A stretch of DNA of 64,000 nucleotides. It comes from the human T2T-CHM13v2.0 reference genome, Homo sapiens. The stretch lies in the NCBI RefSeq assembly GCF_009914755.1, contig NC_060940.1. The stretch is one strand, 5' to 3'. Under the pieces are notes generated by a model, which had not been told where the DNA came from, searched no databases, and worked only from the letters and a program-made list of their open reading frames with translations. This document shows, in pieces, positions 1-13,956 of the stretch (position 1 is the stretch's first letter; each line of letters starts with the position of its first letter). A program made the translations under genes and the position numbers.

Positions 1-442
1 CCTCCCCCTTCTTCTTCTCTTCCTCTTCCTCCTCATGGAACCAGGAGCAATAAAAGTCCCTATTTCTTTTCTGCTGCCTAAATACACGTTACCTCTCTCC
101 ATATTGGGGCTTATGCTTTTAGAGACAAAGGACAGGTAAGAAAGTCTTTGCAGTAACCGACTTTTCTAAAGCAATGAACTACTTGAATAGAGGAAGCAAA
201 GAAGGAAAACTGCAGGGAGAAGAGGAACGCATCAATTAATTTACCAAATTATTATCCAGCCATAGTTATCCCAGTGAACTGTCAAGTCCTGAGCATTGTC
301 TGTGTGGCAGCTGCTATGCAAAAGGTTTCATTGACAGGAATTACTTACCTAACCCTTGGAACAATCTTATGAGAGAATAGTAACTGCACATTCTGGTATT
401 ATCTTACCATGGGTCTGCACAGGGCTAAGTGCTTTACCTGTA

Positions 443-753
443 CAGGCATAGCTCTCTTAACAATGGGGACACATTCTGAGAAGTGCATCGTTAGGGAATG
501 TTGTCATTATGGGAACATCACAGAAGGCACTTAACGCAAACCTAGATGGTATAGCCTCCTGCCCACCTAGGCGGTATGTTCTGGCCTTTTGCTCCTAGGC
601 TACAAACTTATATGGCGTTTTTCTGTACTGAATACTGTAGGCAGTTGGAACACAGTGGTCACATTTGTGAATCAAAACACACCTAAACATAGAAAAGGTA
701 CAGTAAAAAGACAGAATAAAAATGGTACACCTGTATAGGGCAACTCCATTATA

Positions 754-790
<37 letters not shown>

Positions 791-1165
791 TTGAGACAGA
801 GTTTCACTCTGTCGCCCAGGCTGGAGTGCAGTAGTAGTGCGATCTTGGCTCACTTCCACCTCCGCTTCCCGGGTTCACACCATTCTCCTGTCTCAGCCTC
901 CTGAGTAGCCAGGACTACAGGCACCCGCCACCATACCCGGCTCATATATATATATTTTTATTTTTAGTAGAGGCGGGGTTTCACCGTGTTAGCCAGGATG
1001 GTCTCGATCTCCTGACCTCGTGATCCATCCCCCTCGGCCTCCCAAAGTGGTGGGATTACAGGCATGAGTCACCATGTCCGGCCAACTCCATCATAATCTT
1101 ATGGGGCCATTGTCAATGGATGCCATCCATCCTTGGTGAGAAACTCATTCTGCAGTTCAGGACTG
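443..1165 (-). mobile_element. Tigger3a (MER7A) DNA transposon containing an AluY
   Basis: CAG...CTG termini flanked by TA (441-442, 1166-1167); interior matches recalled Tigger3a (CCTAGATGGTATAGCC, TTGCTCCTAGGCTACAAAC, AATGGTACACCTGTATAGGGCA). Confidence 0.85.
754..1083 (-). mobile_element. AluY-like
   Basis: Full reverse Alu; TSD AACTCCAT(T/C)ATA at 742-753 and 1084-1095; Y-type TTCACACCATTCTCC and GACCTCGTGATCC. Confidence 0.93.
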
Positions 1166-1294
1166 TATTAATTCAGTCCCTTCTCTCCACAATCCTGTAA
1201 GGTATAATAGTTGCTATTATGATTCCCATTTTACGGATGAAGAAATGAGGCACAGAGGAGTTAAGTGATGGGCCCAAAGCCACAGAAGCTGGTA

Positions 1295-1334
1295 TTAGGT
1301 TGGTGTAAAAGTAATTACTTTTGCACCCATCTAA
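1295..1334. mobile_element. Internally deleted Made1 (Hsmar1 MITE)
   Basis: TA-TTAGGTTGGTGTAAAAGTAATTACTTTTGCACCCATCTAA-TA: both Hsmar1 TIR ends with TA TSD. Confidence 0.85.
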
Positions 1335-1839
1335 TAGCAGAGGGAAGGTTCAAACCCAGGCAGCCAGCTCCAAGGCTAGAAGCCAGGACTGCCCCAGCAG
1401 CCCCCAGGGGAGGGGGAGCACCTGCCTTTTCTGGGACATTCCTAGTAGTACTCTTCCTCCATCTTGCCATTTGGGAAGGTGTTTGTGACTTTTAGGCAGT
1501 TGCACACGCATGGTACCTGGAGGCAGGCTGCCCCCAAAGACAAGAATCCAGTGTGTCCTCAGTGACCTGCAGCAGTGTGATGGAGAAAATGAAACATCTG
1601 GCTGCCTCTGGGGGCGCACAGAAAGGCCAGGTGCTCTACAACCCAAGCAATAATGGCTTGGCCATCACACTTACGTTTGAGAAGAATGAGGCCAAGGCAA
1701 ACCGGTGCTACTTTTCATCTTTTCATATGGACTTAGGAATCCATTAGTATCCACCCGTATACCATCTAGAGAGACATTTATTTTATAGAAACAATAGCAC
1801 TTTTTTGGGTACCCAAAATTCCTCTTTATTTTCTATTGA

Positions 1840-2155
1840 TTTTTTTCTTTACTTTTTTTTTTTTTGTTTTCCAGACAGGGTCTCGCTCTTGTTACCCAGG
1901 CTGGGTGCAGTGGTGTAATCTTGGCAGATCTTGCAACCTCTGCCTCCCAGGTTCAAGCCATTCTCCTGCCTCAGCCTCCCAGGTAGCTGGGTTTACAGGC
2001 ATGCACCACCCCAGCTGGCTAATTTTTGTATTGTTAGTAGAGATGGGGTTTCACCAAGTTGCTCAGGCTGGTCTCAAACTCCTGACCTCAGGCCATCTAC
2101 CCGCCCCGGCCTCCCATAGTGCTGGGATTACAGGCGTGAGCCATCGCGCCCAGAC
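1840..2155 (-). mobile_element. AluS
   Basis: Full reverse Alu with T-rich tail. Confidence 0.92.
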
Positions 2156-3605
2156 TGTTGAAATTTTTATTGAGTCAATTGTACATTCACAGGCAGTTCT
2201 GATCAGAAACTATGTACACTTTACCCAGTTTCTCCCAGTGTCAACATTTTGCAAAACTATGGTACAATATCTTAAGATATCGAATCATTCCATTACTGTA
2301 AGTGTCCCTTTCATACCCACATTCACCTCCCTCTCACCCCTGCCTCCTGTCACGTGTTACCACTGATTCGTTGTCTGTATCTAAAATGTTGTCATTCCTA
2401 AAATGTTATATACATAGAATCACATAGTAGGCAGTCTTTTAGGATGGGCTTTTTTTCACTTAGCATAATTCCCTGAAGATTCCCCCAAGTTGTGTGTATC
2501 AATATTTCACTCCCTTTCATTGCTGAATAGTGTCCCATGGTATGAATATACACAGTTGCACTGTTCACTTGTTGAAGGACATGTGGGTTGTTTGGGGGTA
2601 CTGTGAGTGAAGTTGCTGTAAACATTGGTGTACAGGGTGTTGTGTGAATATAAAGTTGTAATTTCTTTAGGACAGATGCCGAAGCGTACAACTGCCGGAT
2701 CGTGTGGTAATTGGATGTTTAGTTTATGTGTCACTGATACACTGTTTCCTAGAGTGGCTAAGCGGTTTTACATTCCTAGTGGCATTGTATGAACAATCCA
2801 GTTTATTTGCATCCTCACCAGCTTTTGGGATTGTCATTATTTTTAATTTTTTTGCTATTCTTACAGGTTGTAGTGATATTGCCTTTTGAATTTATAGTTC
2901 ATTCCCTGATGGCTAATGATGTCGAATACGTTCTTATGTTCTCATTTACCAACTGCATCTACTTTTTATTGAATTGTTTGTTCACATATTTTGCCTCCTG
3001 TCTAATTGGATTGGTTTTTTTCTTTGTTTATTACTGAGTTTTGAAAGTTATTTTTATATTCTGGATATTATTCATTCGTTATTGTGGGGTATGTGGTTTA
3101 CAAATATTTTCCCCCAGCTGTAGCTTGTCTCCTCATCCTCTTTCCAGGATCTTCTGCACAGCAAAGGTTTTTAGTCTTGATGAAGTCCAATTTATGAATT
3201 TTTAAAAATGGATCATGTTTTGGCCTGAAAGCTCTTTGCCTAGCCCTAGATCCATCATTTTCTTTTATATTTTTCAAAGCTTTTTATAGTTTTACATTTT
3301 ACACTTAAGGTTGTGATCTATTCTGTTATAAAAGTCATAAGCGGGGCACAGGGGCATGTGGGCATGTGCCTGTTTTTCTAGGTACTCGGGAGGCAGAGGC
3401 AGGAGAATCACTTGAGGCCAGGAGTTCGAGGCTGTAGGGCACTATCATCATTCCTATGAGTAGCCACCGTACTGCAGCCCAGGCAACATAGCAAGGCCCC
3501 ATCTCCAGCTCTCTTTTTTAAAAGTTATGTTTAGTTTGAGGTTTATCTTTTTTGTTTTTGGCTTATGAATGTCCAATTGCAACAGCACCATTTACTGAAA
3601 ACTAT
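2156..3605 (-). mobile_element. Old L1M (L1MC-like) 3' fragment
   Basis: Minus-strand translation LPHDPAVVRFGICPKE...QPTCPS resembles the L1 ORF2 C-terminus; L1M 3'UTR-like start. Confidence 0.8.
3341..3505 (+). mobile_element. FAM (fossil Alu monomer) inside L1M
   Basis: Monomer with 7SL-type CCTATGAGTAGCCACCGTACTGCAGCC...GCAACATAGCAAGGCCCC; flanks TAAAAGTCATA/TAAAAGTTATG. Confidence 0.75.
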
Positions 3606-4689
3606 AGCTAATTTTTTAACTCTTACTCTATCCCTGACACCCAGCTAAGCACTTTTCAATAGCATTTTATATAATCCCTGAAGTTACACTGTGACATGGG
3701 AACTGTATTCCAAGATTTCTAGATGCAGAGAGTGAAGATCAGAGAGGTCGCTTGATTTTCCTGAGGCCCCACAGCCAGAGACAAGCTGCAAATCTCTGCC
3801 TGGCTCTAGCCCACAGTACTTCACCAGCTCTAGTTTGATTTTTGAGTGGCTGTCTCTACATACATGTGCTCCCGACATCATGGCAGAAAATTCAGACCCG
3901 ATTCAATTCGCATTCTATCTTGGGACTTCTCTTTGGGCTGTAACTAAATCAGATTTTCAGGAGGTGCAAATGTAATATAATATGAAATATCTGTTCATCA
4001 TTTAACTCAGGGAAGTCTTTTCCCCCTCACTAATATCCATGATAAAGCATATGCAAATGTCTGTAATTGAACATAATTAAAATAATGAGAGTTGAAAGAA
4101 TGTGATATTCAAAATAAATGCAATAAGGAGTTGGACACAGCCATTATCCTAATTCAAAGTGATTACTTTAGGATTACGTTATCAAGCCTCTAATATTTCT
4201 GTCTTTAATATAATTTTATTTACTTTTGGGAGGCAGGTGCTCTCTGATTGGGATGAATTCCTGTCTTAGGTCTGGTTACCACTACTTCGTCTAAGTTCCC
4301 AGAGGAAGGAGGGTGAGATTTTGATCAGAACCATCTGCTGTTACCCCCTTCCTGCCACCCTGCTTGGCGGCATGAGCCTCCACTGGGACGACTGAGTGCC
4401 GTGACACGGACAGCCTCGTATCCTGTGAGCACGTCCAAGACCTGCCTGATCATGAGTGAGCTGGAGGAATGAAAGGCCAGGGGTTGCATCCCAGGAAGTG
4501 CCTGTCAGGGTGACATCTTTGTGGATCAGTAATCTGAGTGATTCAGAGAGATTTTCTTTCCCTGCCCTTTCTCAATTTTTTTTTTAAATATAAAATTCAG
4601 CTTAAATGCATAGTGATAGTTAACCAAGACTCAGAGAGTATGAAACACAGCTCTTTGGCAGGTAGGAAAGTATATGCAGTGCAATATAG

Positions 4690-5250
<561 letters not shown>

Positions 5251-5636
5251 ACTGTCACAGGAAATGGAGGCAATTTTTAATGTTGTGTTCAAAGTTAGTT
5301 GCTACAAGAGATAGGATTTAGGGGCAAGAACCTGAGACTCTGGGCTGTGGATTCAGCAAGGGCTCGCCGACCTAGAATGGGTGCTGGCGATGTGGGTGGG
5401 GGCAGAAGACCTCTGCCATGCTTTTCTGCCCTTCACCTCCAATCAATAAAGGGCGGTGGCTTCCATAGTGGACCTTAAATTTCTCTGGGGGTGGGGAAGA
5501 TGATCTCACTCATTTGTCTCGCTTCTGGGCTCTGTAGCTTATCTTGGTCATGAGAATGATGCTGGGCTAAGTCATCCAGGTAGAGGTTGACACCCACCGA
5601 ACTCTTTATAAGAAATGAGAGACTAGTAACACCCCC

Positions 5637-5638
<2 letters not shown>

Positions 5639-5686
<48 letters not shown>
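5639..5686. repeat. (AC)n microsatellite
   Basis: ~24 pure AC units. Confidence 0.97.
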
Positions 5687-5688
<2 letters not shown>

Positions 5689-5798
5689 CACCCCTGTTTT
5701 ATAATAGGAGTAACCACCCAGGTTGGTCTGAGGCTAAATCCAGAGGAAGCCAGTGAGATTTTGTGTTTCCTTCCTTGGAGAATCTCCTCACACCAGCC

Positions 5799-6099
5799 TT
5801 TTTGTTTGTTGGTTAGAGACTGGGTCTCCCTCTGTTGCCCAGGCTGGAGTGGCGCTATCATGGTTCAATGCAGCCTCAAACTCCTGGGTTCAAGCAATCC
5901 TTGCTCCTCAGCCTCTGGAGTAGCTGGGACTGTAGGCATGTGCCACCGTACCTGGGTAATTTTTTACCTTTTTTTGTGGAGATAGGGTCTCACTTTGTGG
6001 CTCAGGCTGGTTTGGAACTCCTGGGCTCTTCAAGTGATCCTCCCACTTTGGCCTCCCAAATTGCTGGGGTTACAGGCATGAGCCCACTGTACCCAGCCC
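5799..6099 (-). mobile_element. AluJ
   Basis: Diverged reverse Alu with J-type features. Confidence 0.88.
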
Positions 6100-6492
6100 A
6101 TAAAGGCATATGTGAAGATTTCCACTGGCCGTAATGGAAAGAATCAGCTGGCCTTGGGCAATGAACTATAACAACATTATATACCATAGGCTGAGCACTG
6201 GACAAAGCATTTCAAGTACGTGTTATGACCAAACTTATTCACATTCGAGGATCCCCAGCCTCTATACTTAATACCTAGATTCTGGCTTGACCTATTCCAT
6301 TTCTTTCTTTTTTCTGCCCTCCCAAGGGATTTCTGCTACAGCCTGACTTGTTCTGTGGGTTATAAAAATAGGAGGACAAGGAGAAGGACAAGCCCATGGA
6401 CTACAGCTTTTTCAGAGAGAGGCCTGGAAAAATAGTTGCGGTGTATGGGGAAGGTGGGTGGGAGGGAGGCTTGTAAAGAGGAAGTGAATTTG

Positions 6493-6995
<503 letters not shown>

Positions 6996-8457
6996 TCATG
7001 GCAATCCCACTAGGTTGATTTTCATATTCCCCATTTGCAGAGGAGCAGCAAAGTTCTAGCACAAGACCACACAGGCAGGAAGTGGAAGCCCATGATTTTA
7101 ATATACGTCTCCCAGGTCTGATTGCACCCCTTCCCTTCCTTTCCCTTGCAAACGGGTAGCTACAGCTCACAGTTAGTGAGCAGAGTAGAGCGCCGTGGGC
7201 TGTGAGCACGTAGAAAGAATTAAAGAATCATCGTCACTGCAGCTTTGTGCTGGGGAATGGCAATTAGCCTCTAGTTTGTTTGGATTAATATCTCTGGAGA
7301 CCTTTACGGAAGTATTATTTATTGATAAGGACCATGCATCGTGGCTGGATAGGAGCTGGGAGATCTGTACTCAATGATCGCAGTGGAGCAATTGCACAAG
7401 GAGAAACTCCTCATCGAAAAGATGCCATTTGGTTTGGGAAATTATTAGATAGTTTCTTTTTTTTTTTTTTTTCTTTTTTTGGAAGTTCTATAACTTCTGT
7501 GGGGAAGTTTGCTCTGTGAGTTGAGCCTGCCTTAGGAGCTAAACAGACGCGGGAAAATCCCAGCCCTGCCAATAATCAACAATGTTGCCTGGGATTGATA
7601 AGACTTCTAACCTCCTTCAACCTTAGCATGTACCTGGTTGCAGGGCTGGGAAATTAGATATGGTGTATCTGATGCTCTAGCACCTGAGCAATGGAAGGCA
7701 TTTAAAAGCAACCATTCTTACCATCACAGTTTTAAAAAAATTTGAACACTTGTTAACTGGAATTGCTATGCACACACAGGCTAGAGAGAATCAGGTAGTG
7801 AGAAAAAAATACAGAGATTTGTAAAAATGCATATACATTTTACACAAAGTTATGGGCTGAGCTTTAATGTAAGGAGAGATGAACTGTAAAAATCCTTCAC
7901 CAAACTGTGATCTTTGGGAATTGAATTAGACTACATTTACCTTGACATAAAATATCAAAAATTCTGAAGAAAAAAAAAGAGAAAAGAAGTAAAATAAAAA
8001 ATGAGGAAAATAACTTCCTTCTTCAAAGAACAAAGAGTTTTCAAGTTCTTTAGAAGATTGTTTATGTCAGAATGATACAGCTGCAGTGGGATTGCAATAG
8101 ATAGGGAAAAAAAGGTTAACATTGCTTAGGCAACTCTGTTCAGCAAAAGCTACTTCAGTAATTGACTCAAATTTTATCTATTCATTAAAGCGAGACCAAT
8201 GGGTAACCCTTTCTTAGCCATCACTCAGTACTGTGTAGAATGAAAATGCGTAAGACTGAATTCCTTTTGACAGGATCCCCCAACTTAGATCTTGCAGGTT
8301 TTTCCTGCAACTGGTATGAGTCACCAAGCCTTCGTGTGCATGTATGTGTGTGTGCTTGTGTGTGTGCTTATGTGTGTGTTGGGGAGTTTGTGGTTGCTTC
8401 TCTAGGAATCCGATGAGAAACTAATATTTTCTGACAGGAGACACTATTAAGATTTGT

Positions 8458-9326
<869 letters not shown>

Positions 9327-9965
9327 TCACCTTCTTACCCAGCAAGCATGAGTCTGTGTTCATTGAAATGTTGGCCATTATTCTATTTGACTTCTCTGAT
9401 GTTCTCAGGTTGATATGTTTAAGATTAATGAGGCATTAGTTCTCCATCAAGGAGCCATAATCAAGATTACCCATTTAGCTGCAGTGAGTTGTGTCGCTGC
9501 ATTAATTAATATCATTTGACCTTTGTATTTTGGGTGGGATGATGTATCGCTGCATTTTCCTGAGCAGTGCCGTAAAATTGATGGCTTGAATATTGCCGCT
9601 CATATGGCCGAATGGTTCGTTTAAGTTAAATACTGTGCTTGTAATTAATATAGGATAGGTAAGTCTGGGAAGATGATGTATATTAATTCTTATTTAGTGA
9701 AGCAGGTCCCGCTGGGTGGGAGATTCAGCACTTGATTTGGATGCCTTATTGGAAGCACTTTGCTGCTGGGGATGTTGGCACGTATGGGACGGTTCCTCTG
9801 AAAGCATGACTTGAGGAGTCCTTTCCTAACTCAGAGATCATGTCTGCACAAAGAGTTAAATGATGCAGGATGGGAATGGAGCTATGGGGGCTCGTTCGAC
9901 TCTCTCTGTTCCTGTTTTTCCAGCTGTAATGGGTGTATTGCTAACGCAGATGCCAATTCATTGGG

Positions 9966-10265
9966 TTTTTTGTTTATGTTTTTGAGACAGAGTCTTGCTC
10001 TGTCACCCAGGTTGAAGTACAGTGGTGCAATCTTGGCTCACTGCAACCTCTGCCTCCTGGGTTTAAGCAATTCTCATGCTTCAGCCTCCTTAGTAGCTGG
10101 GATTATAGGCATGTGCCAACATGCCTGGCTAATATTTGTATTTTTAGTAGAGACTGGGTTTCGCCATATTGGCCAGGCTGGTCTCGAACTCCTGGCCTTG
10201 GGTGATCTCCCTGCCTTGGCTTCCCAAAGTGCTGGGATTACAAGCATGAGCCACCACTCCTGGGC
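9966..10265 (-). mobile_element. AluS
   Basis: Full reverse Alu. Confidence 0.92.
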
Positions 10266-10359
10266 ATTAGGTCTTGAGCAAACTGAAAGTTTCAGATTTT
10301 TCCAAGTGGTCCTGGTACCACAATTTTAGCAGCAGATTTCTATACCAGGTATATTTCTA

Positions 10360-10569
10360 CACGAGCTTGGCAAGGTTCAGAGAATAGATATTTCTGGCTG
10401 TGTAGGTCCTACAGTCTCCATTGCAGCTACTCAACTCTGCTCTGCAGTGGGAAAACAGTCACAGATAATATGGCAATGAGTGTGTGTGGCTGTGTTCCAA
10501 TAAAACTTTATTTGAGAAATCAGGTGGCACGCTGGATTTGGCCCATGGGCAGTAGTTTGATGAGCCCTA
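10360..10569 (+). mobile_element. MER58A (hAT-Charlie)
   Basis: CTACTCAACTCTGC...GGCTGTGTTCCAATAAAACTTTATTT...GGATTTGGCCCATGGGCAGTAGTTTG. Confidence 0.8.
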
Positions 10570-11621
10570 CTCCACACCACAAATTCCTCCTGGGCAAGTC
10601 TCTTTTCTTCTCCACTATATTTCAGGGCCTAGCAAAGGGCCAAGTGCCCAATGAGAAATGCATACATATCTACGAATTGAGTGATGAGTTTCCACTCTTC
10701 TTCAGTGTCATGAACAGATCAACTTGCCCACAGCAAAAGTGACATCCATCGATGCAGGAACCAAAAGCCCCAGCTTCAGGCTCCTCTCACTAGCTGTGAG
10801 ACAGGAGGAAAGGTTGGGAGATATTTTTTTCCCCTTTCCTACAACCATGCATTGATCTTAAATGAGTTCCAAATAGATGAGTTCTGCCAAGTCTTCTTGA
10901 AGTACATTTCTGTACCTTACACTATAACCTGCTTCGAAATGTTAAGTGTTTTAAAAACATCTTTCCACATAATTAAATATTCCTTACCATTATTTTTATT
11001 TATTGACTGCTCAATATTTCACATTTTAAGCAATATTCTGTGGGAAAGCATTTGCGTTGCTTTCTTTTTGCAAACTGCTAAACATAGTTGCACATATATC
11101 TTAGAGCCCGAATCCACATATTGTCTTGAAATAAATACCTGAATAGGGCAACTTCTGTGTAGAAAGGCAAGCTCACTAAGATAGATTGCCCGCCATGAAT
11201 TTTAGAGTCCTACCAGAAGAGCATGATGGTAAGTGCTTTTATCAAAGGTTTTTGAAGAGGAATTTAGAGAGAGAGGGAGAAAAAAAATAAATCTTTTTAA
11301 GGATGATTATTATGCCAAGTGGAATAAGGATACAGAAATGTGAGAGGGGACAAAGAAATCTTTGTGCATCTAACTGTTGCTGTGAGGACTTAGCTGTAGA
11401 ATTCAATTTTCTAAAATAGAATGGACAGACAGAAATCCTGGATGCTACAAGTCAACCCTTTGCTTCATTGCAAGTCCAGATTATGTTCAAGCTTGGTGGA
11501 AAATCTTTGATATAAACAGAAGAAGAGTTCCTGGGGCTCTTAGATCAAACTGATGTACACAGTACCATAAATAGGGTAGGGAGGGAGCTTGGGCATTCTC
11601 ACCATTTCATTAAGAGGAAAG

Positions 11622-11991
11622 TGTCTTAACCCATTTGGGCTACTGTAACAAAATAGCATCAATGTGTAGTTTATAAACAACAGAGATTTATTTCTCACAG
11701 TTCTGAGGGCTGGGAAGTCCAAGACTGAGGCAGTCTCCAAGATTGATTCGGTATGTGGTGAGGGCCCATGTTGTGGTTCATAGATGGCATCTTTTTCTTT
11801 GTTTTCACATGGTGGAAGGAGAAAAGGAGCTCTCTGGGACCTCTTTTATAAGAGTACTAATTCCAAGCATGAGGGTTCCATCCCTGTGACATAATCATCT
11901 CTGAAGGATCTCACCTCCTAACACCATCAACTTTGGTGTTGGGATTTCACCATATTAATTTTGGGGGCACATAAACATTCAGACCATAACA
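11622..11991 (-). mobile_element. MLT1A-type solo LTR (MaLR)
   Basis: TGT...ACA ends, exact 5-bp TSD GAAAG (11617-11621, 11992-11996), TTTATTTCTCACAGTTCTG...GGGAAGTCCAAGA. Confidence 0.88.
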
Positions 11992-12684
11992 GAAAGGGAT
12001 ACTGAACTGCAAACAGTGGTCATTTTCCACGAGCTCTTCTTAAGCTCTGCAGCAGGGAGAACTTTCTCTACATCCGCACCATGGCATTCATTTCACCAGA
12101 CGATGTAGACTCCACAGAAGGCATGCCTCTGATTTGAAACCCATGAGAACCCAGGTCATGACAATGATTTGGGACAAGCATTGGGTTCCCCTTAATTACG
12201 TATTCAGAACTGGCTTTGCAATCTGGTTGGAGGAGTTCACGGAGGTGTGAGGGTGATTTTTTTTTTTTTCTCCCAATAAGCAGTGAGAGGTTTTGTGTGT
12301 AGATTAGTGGAGGTCCTAGGAGGGCACAGGCAGCATACTCAAATTAGGTAACTTGTAAGTGAGGGGGCTATTTGCAAAACATGGACAGGGAATGGGGAAA
12401 TCACAAGGGCTAATTCTGTACCCTAGGGCTAATTGCAGCATAGGCATTTACCACCTTGGGGCTTGAAGGGGTAAGAGAGAGAGCAGTTAAAGGACCTTCA
12501 GGTAGAGAGAACTGTGGGATTTAACTGACGGTCACAGACAGCTCACAGCTCCCCTGCAGGAAATCTGGGGAATAAATATTCCAATGTCACCCTCTTTCCT
12601 TTCTCCATCTCTGCTAGTGCTCTCCATCAGCCAAACCCTCCAGGAAGCCAGAGGAAAAGAAACCCACTGTTGTAAAGAAACCCA

Positions 12685-12738
12685 TTTTTGCCATTGAAAG
12701 TAAGAGCAAAAACCACAGTTACTTTTGCATCAACCTAG
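12685..12738. mobile_element. Truncated Made1
   Basis: TTTTTGCCATTGAAAGTAAGAGCAAAAACCACAGTTACTTTTGCATCAACCTAG followed by TA; left TIR end missing. Confidence 0.8.
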
Positions 12739-12760
12739 TAGTTCGTCCAAACTGACGAGC

Positions 12761-13000
12761 AAGCACCTCCATCTCTGCTGGTGCTCTCCATTGTCCAAAC
12801 CCACCAGGAAGCACCTCCGTCTCTGCTGGTGCTCTCCATTGTCCAAACCCACCAGGAAGCACCTCCATCTCTGCTGGTGCTCTCCATTGTCCAAACCCAC
12901 CAGGAAGCACCTCCGTCTCTGCTGGTGCTCTCCATTGTCCAAACCCACCAGGAAGCACCTCCGTCTCTGCTGGTGCTCTCCATTGTCCAAACCTACCAGG
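12761..13000. repeat. 48-bp minisatellite, 5 copies
   Basis: AAGCACCTCC(A/G)TCTCTGCTGGTGCTCTCCATTGTCCAAACCCACCAGG at 12761, 12809, 12857, 12905, 12953. Confidence 0.97.
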
Positions 13001-13876
13001 AAGCCCATAGCTGTTGTTGGTCCAGGTCAGCCTCCTGCCTGGGGCACAGAACAGAATGAAGATGTTGGAGCCTGGACCTCTACAGTTAAGGAGAAGGTAA
13101 ACAGCCCAGTGTGGCTGCATGGATTATTTAATTGTATTCTGTTGTCTAGGGCAAGGTACTTTGGTTTAGACTTGAGTCTGAAAGCATCATGAATTTGTAG
13201 CTACATGATAGGATTGATGGTATAATTAAAAAGAAAATCCAGAGCTTAACCACATGCTAGCTCTGTGATATGAAGGTGGGGTTTTTGTGACTATGTGGCA
13301 GATAATGTGGCACACACCTGTACTTTATCTGACATAGTACTTCTTGGTAGCTTCAAGAACTCCATGAAGAATCACCAAATCTCTAGAGCGATTAGGCACT
13401 CACATTGTGCCTCCTGGGTTGCAGGTGATAAATGAATTATGCCAAGGAAAACAAAATATTGATTTCAGCTTTAAAGTTGGAAGAGGAATGGTTTTCACAT
13501 TTTCCCAAGGCAAACCGTCCAAGAGCAAAATAAGCCTCATTCCCGTAAAAGTTTCTGTTAAATCTCACTCAACTAGGAGATCATCAAATCCAATAAATGA
13601 ACCTGTTTGCTTGGTTCTCATGTAGTTTAATGCCTGTACATTTAGTTTACTTTACTTTTTTTTTATTTGCTGATAGTCAATCATTTGCTGATTTTCAAGA
13701 TGTTAGAGTACATAACATGAAATTTGAGTTCCGACATCTCTTGAACAATATAAAAATGTGGCTGTTATTCCCACATAGGAAAAGCCGTAACATTGGAGTT
13801 AAGGATTTACCACTTCAGTTGGTGCCTCACCAGTTCCTCTTGGTCATTGTTAATGTGCCTGTGTGAGAAGACATTT

Positions 13877-13956
13877 GAGTTTCAAGACTGTATAAACCTA
13901 CCAAGTCCCTGTACAGCAGAGTTTCAAGTCTGTATAAACCTACCAAGTCCCTGTAC
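13877..13956. repeat. 42-bp tandem duplication
   Basis: GAGTTTCAAG(A/T)CTGTATAAACCTACCAAGTCCCTGTAC at 13877 and 13919. Confidence 0.93.

Larger units (their letters stand above)
400..1390 (-). mobile_element. MIR, split by Tigger3a and a mini-Made1
   Basis: MIR-like GCTAAGTGCTTTAC before 443, resuming after 1167 with the core CCCATTTTACGGATGAAGAAATGAGGCACAGAGGAGTTAAGTGA...TTCAAACCCAGGCAG. Confidence 0.75.
12297..13105 (-). mobile_element. LTR33-like (ERVL) LTR disrupted by Made1 and a VNTR
   Basis: CATACTCAAATTAGG...CTATTTGCAAA...GGGAATAAATA...AGGTCAGCCTCC...GGGCACAGA match recalled LTR33. Confidence 0.65.

Noticed and set aside
4400-4416. REST/RE1-like CACGGACAGC
   Set aside because: Right half-site only; left half TTCAGCACC absent
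12719-13192. Repeat-peptide ORFs and CRISPR-like look of the 48-bp array
   Set aside because: Units are head-to-tail with no unique spacers and there are no cas genes in this eukaryotic DNA; the ORFs exist only because the unit is 16 stop-free codons
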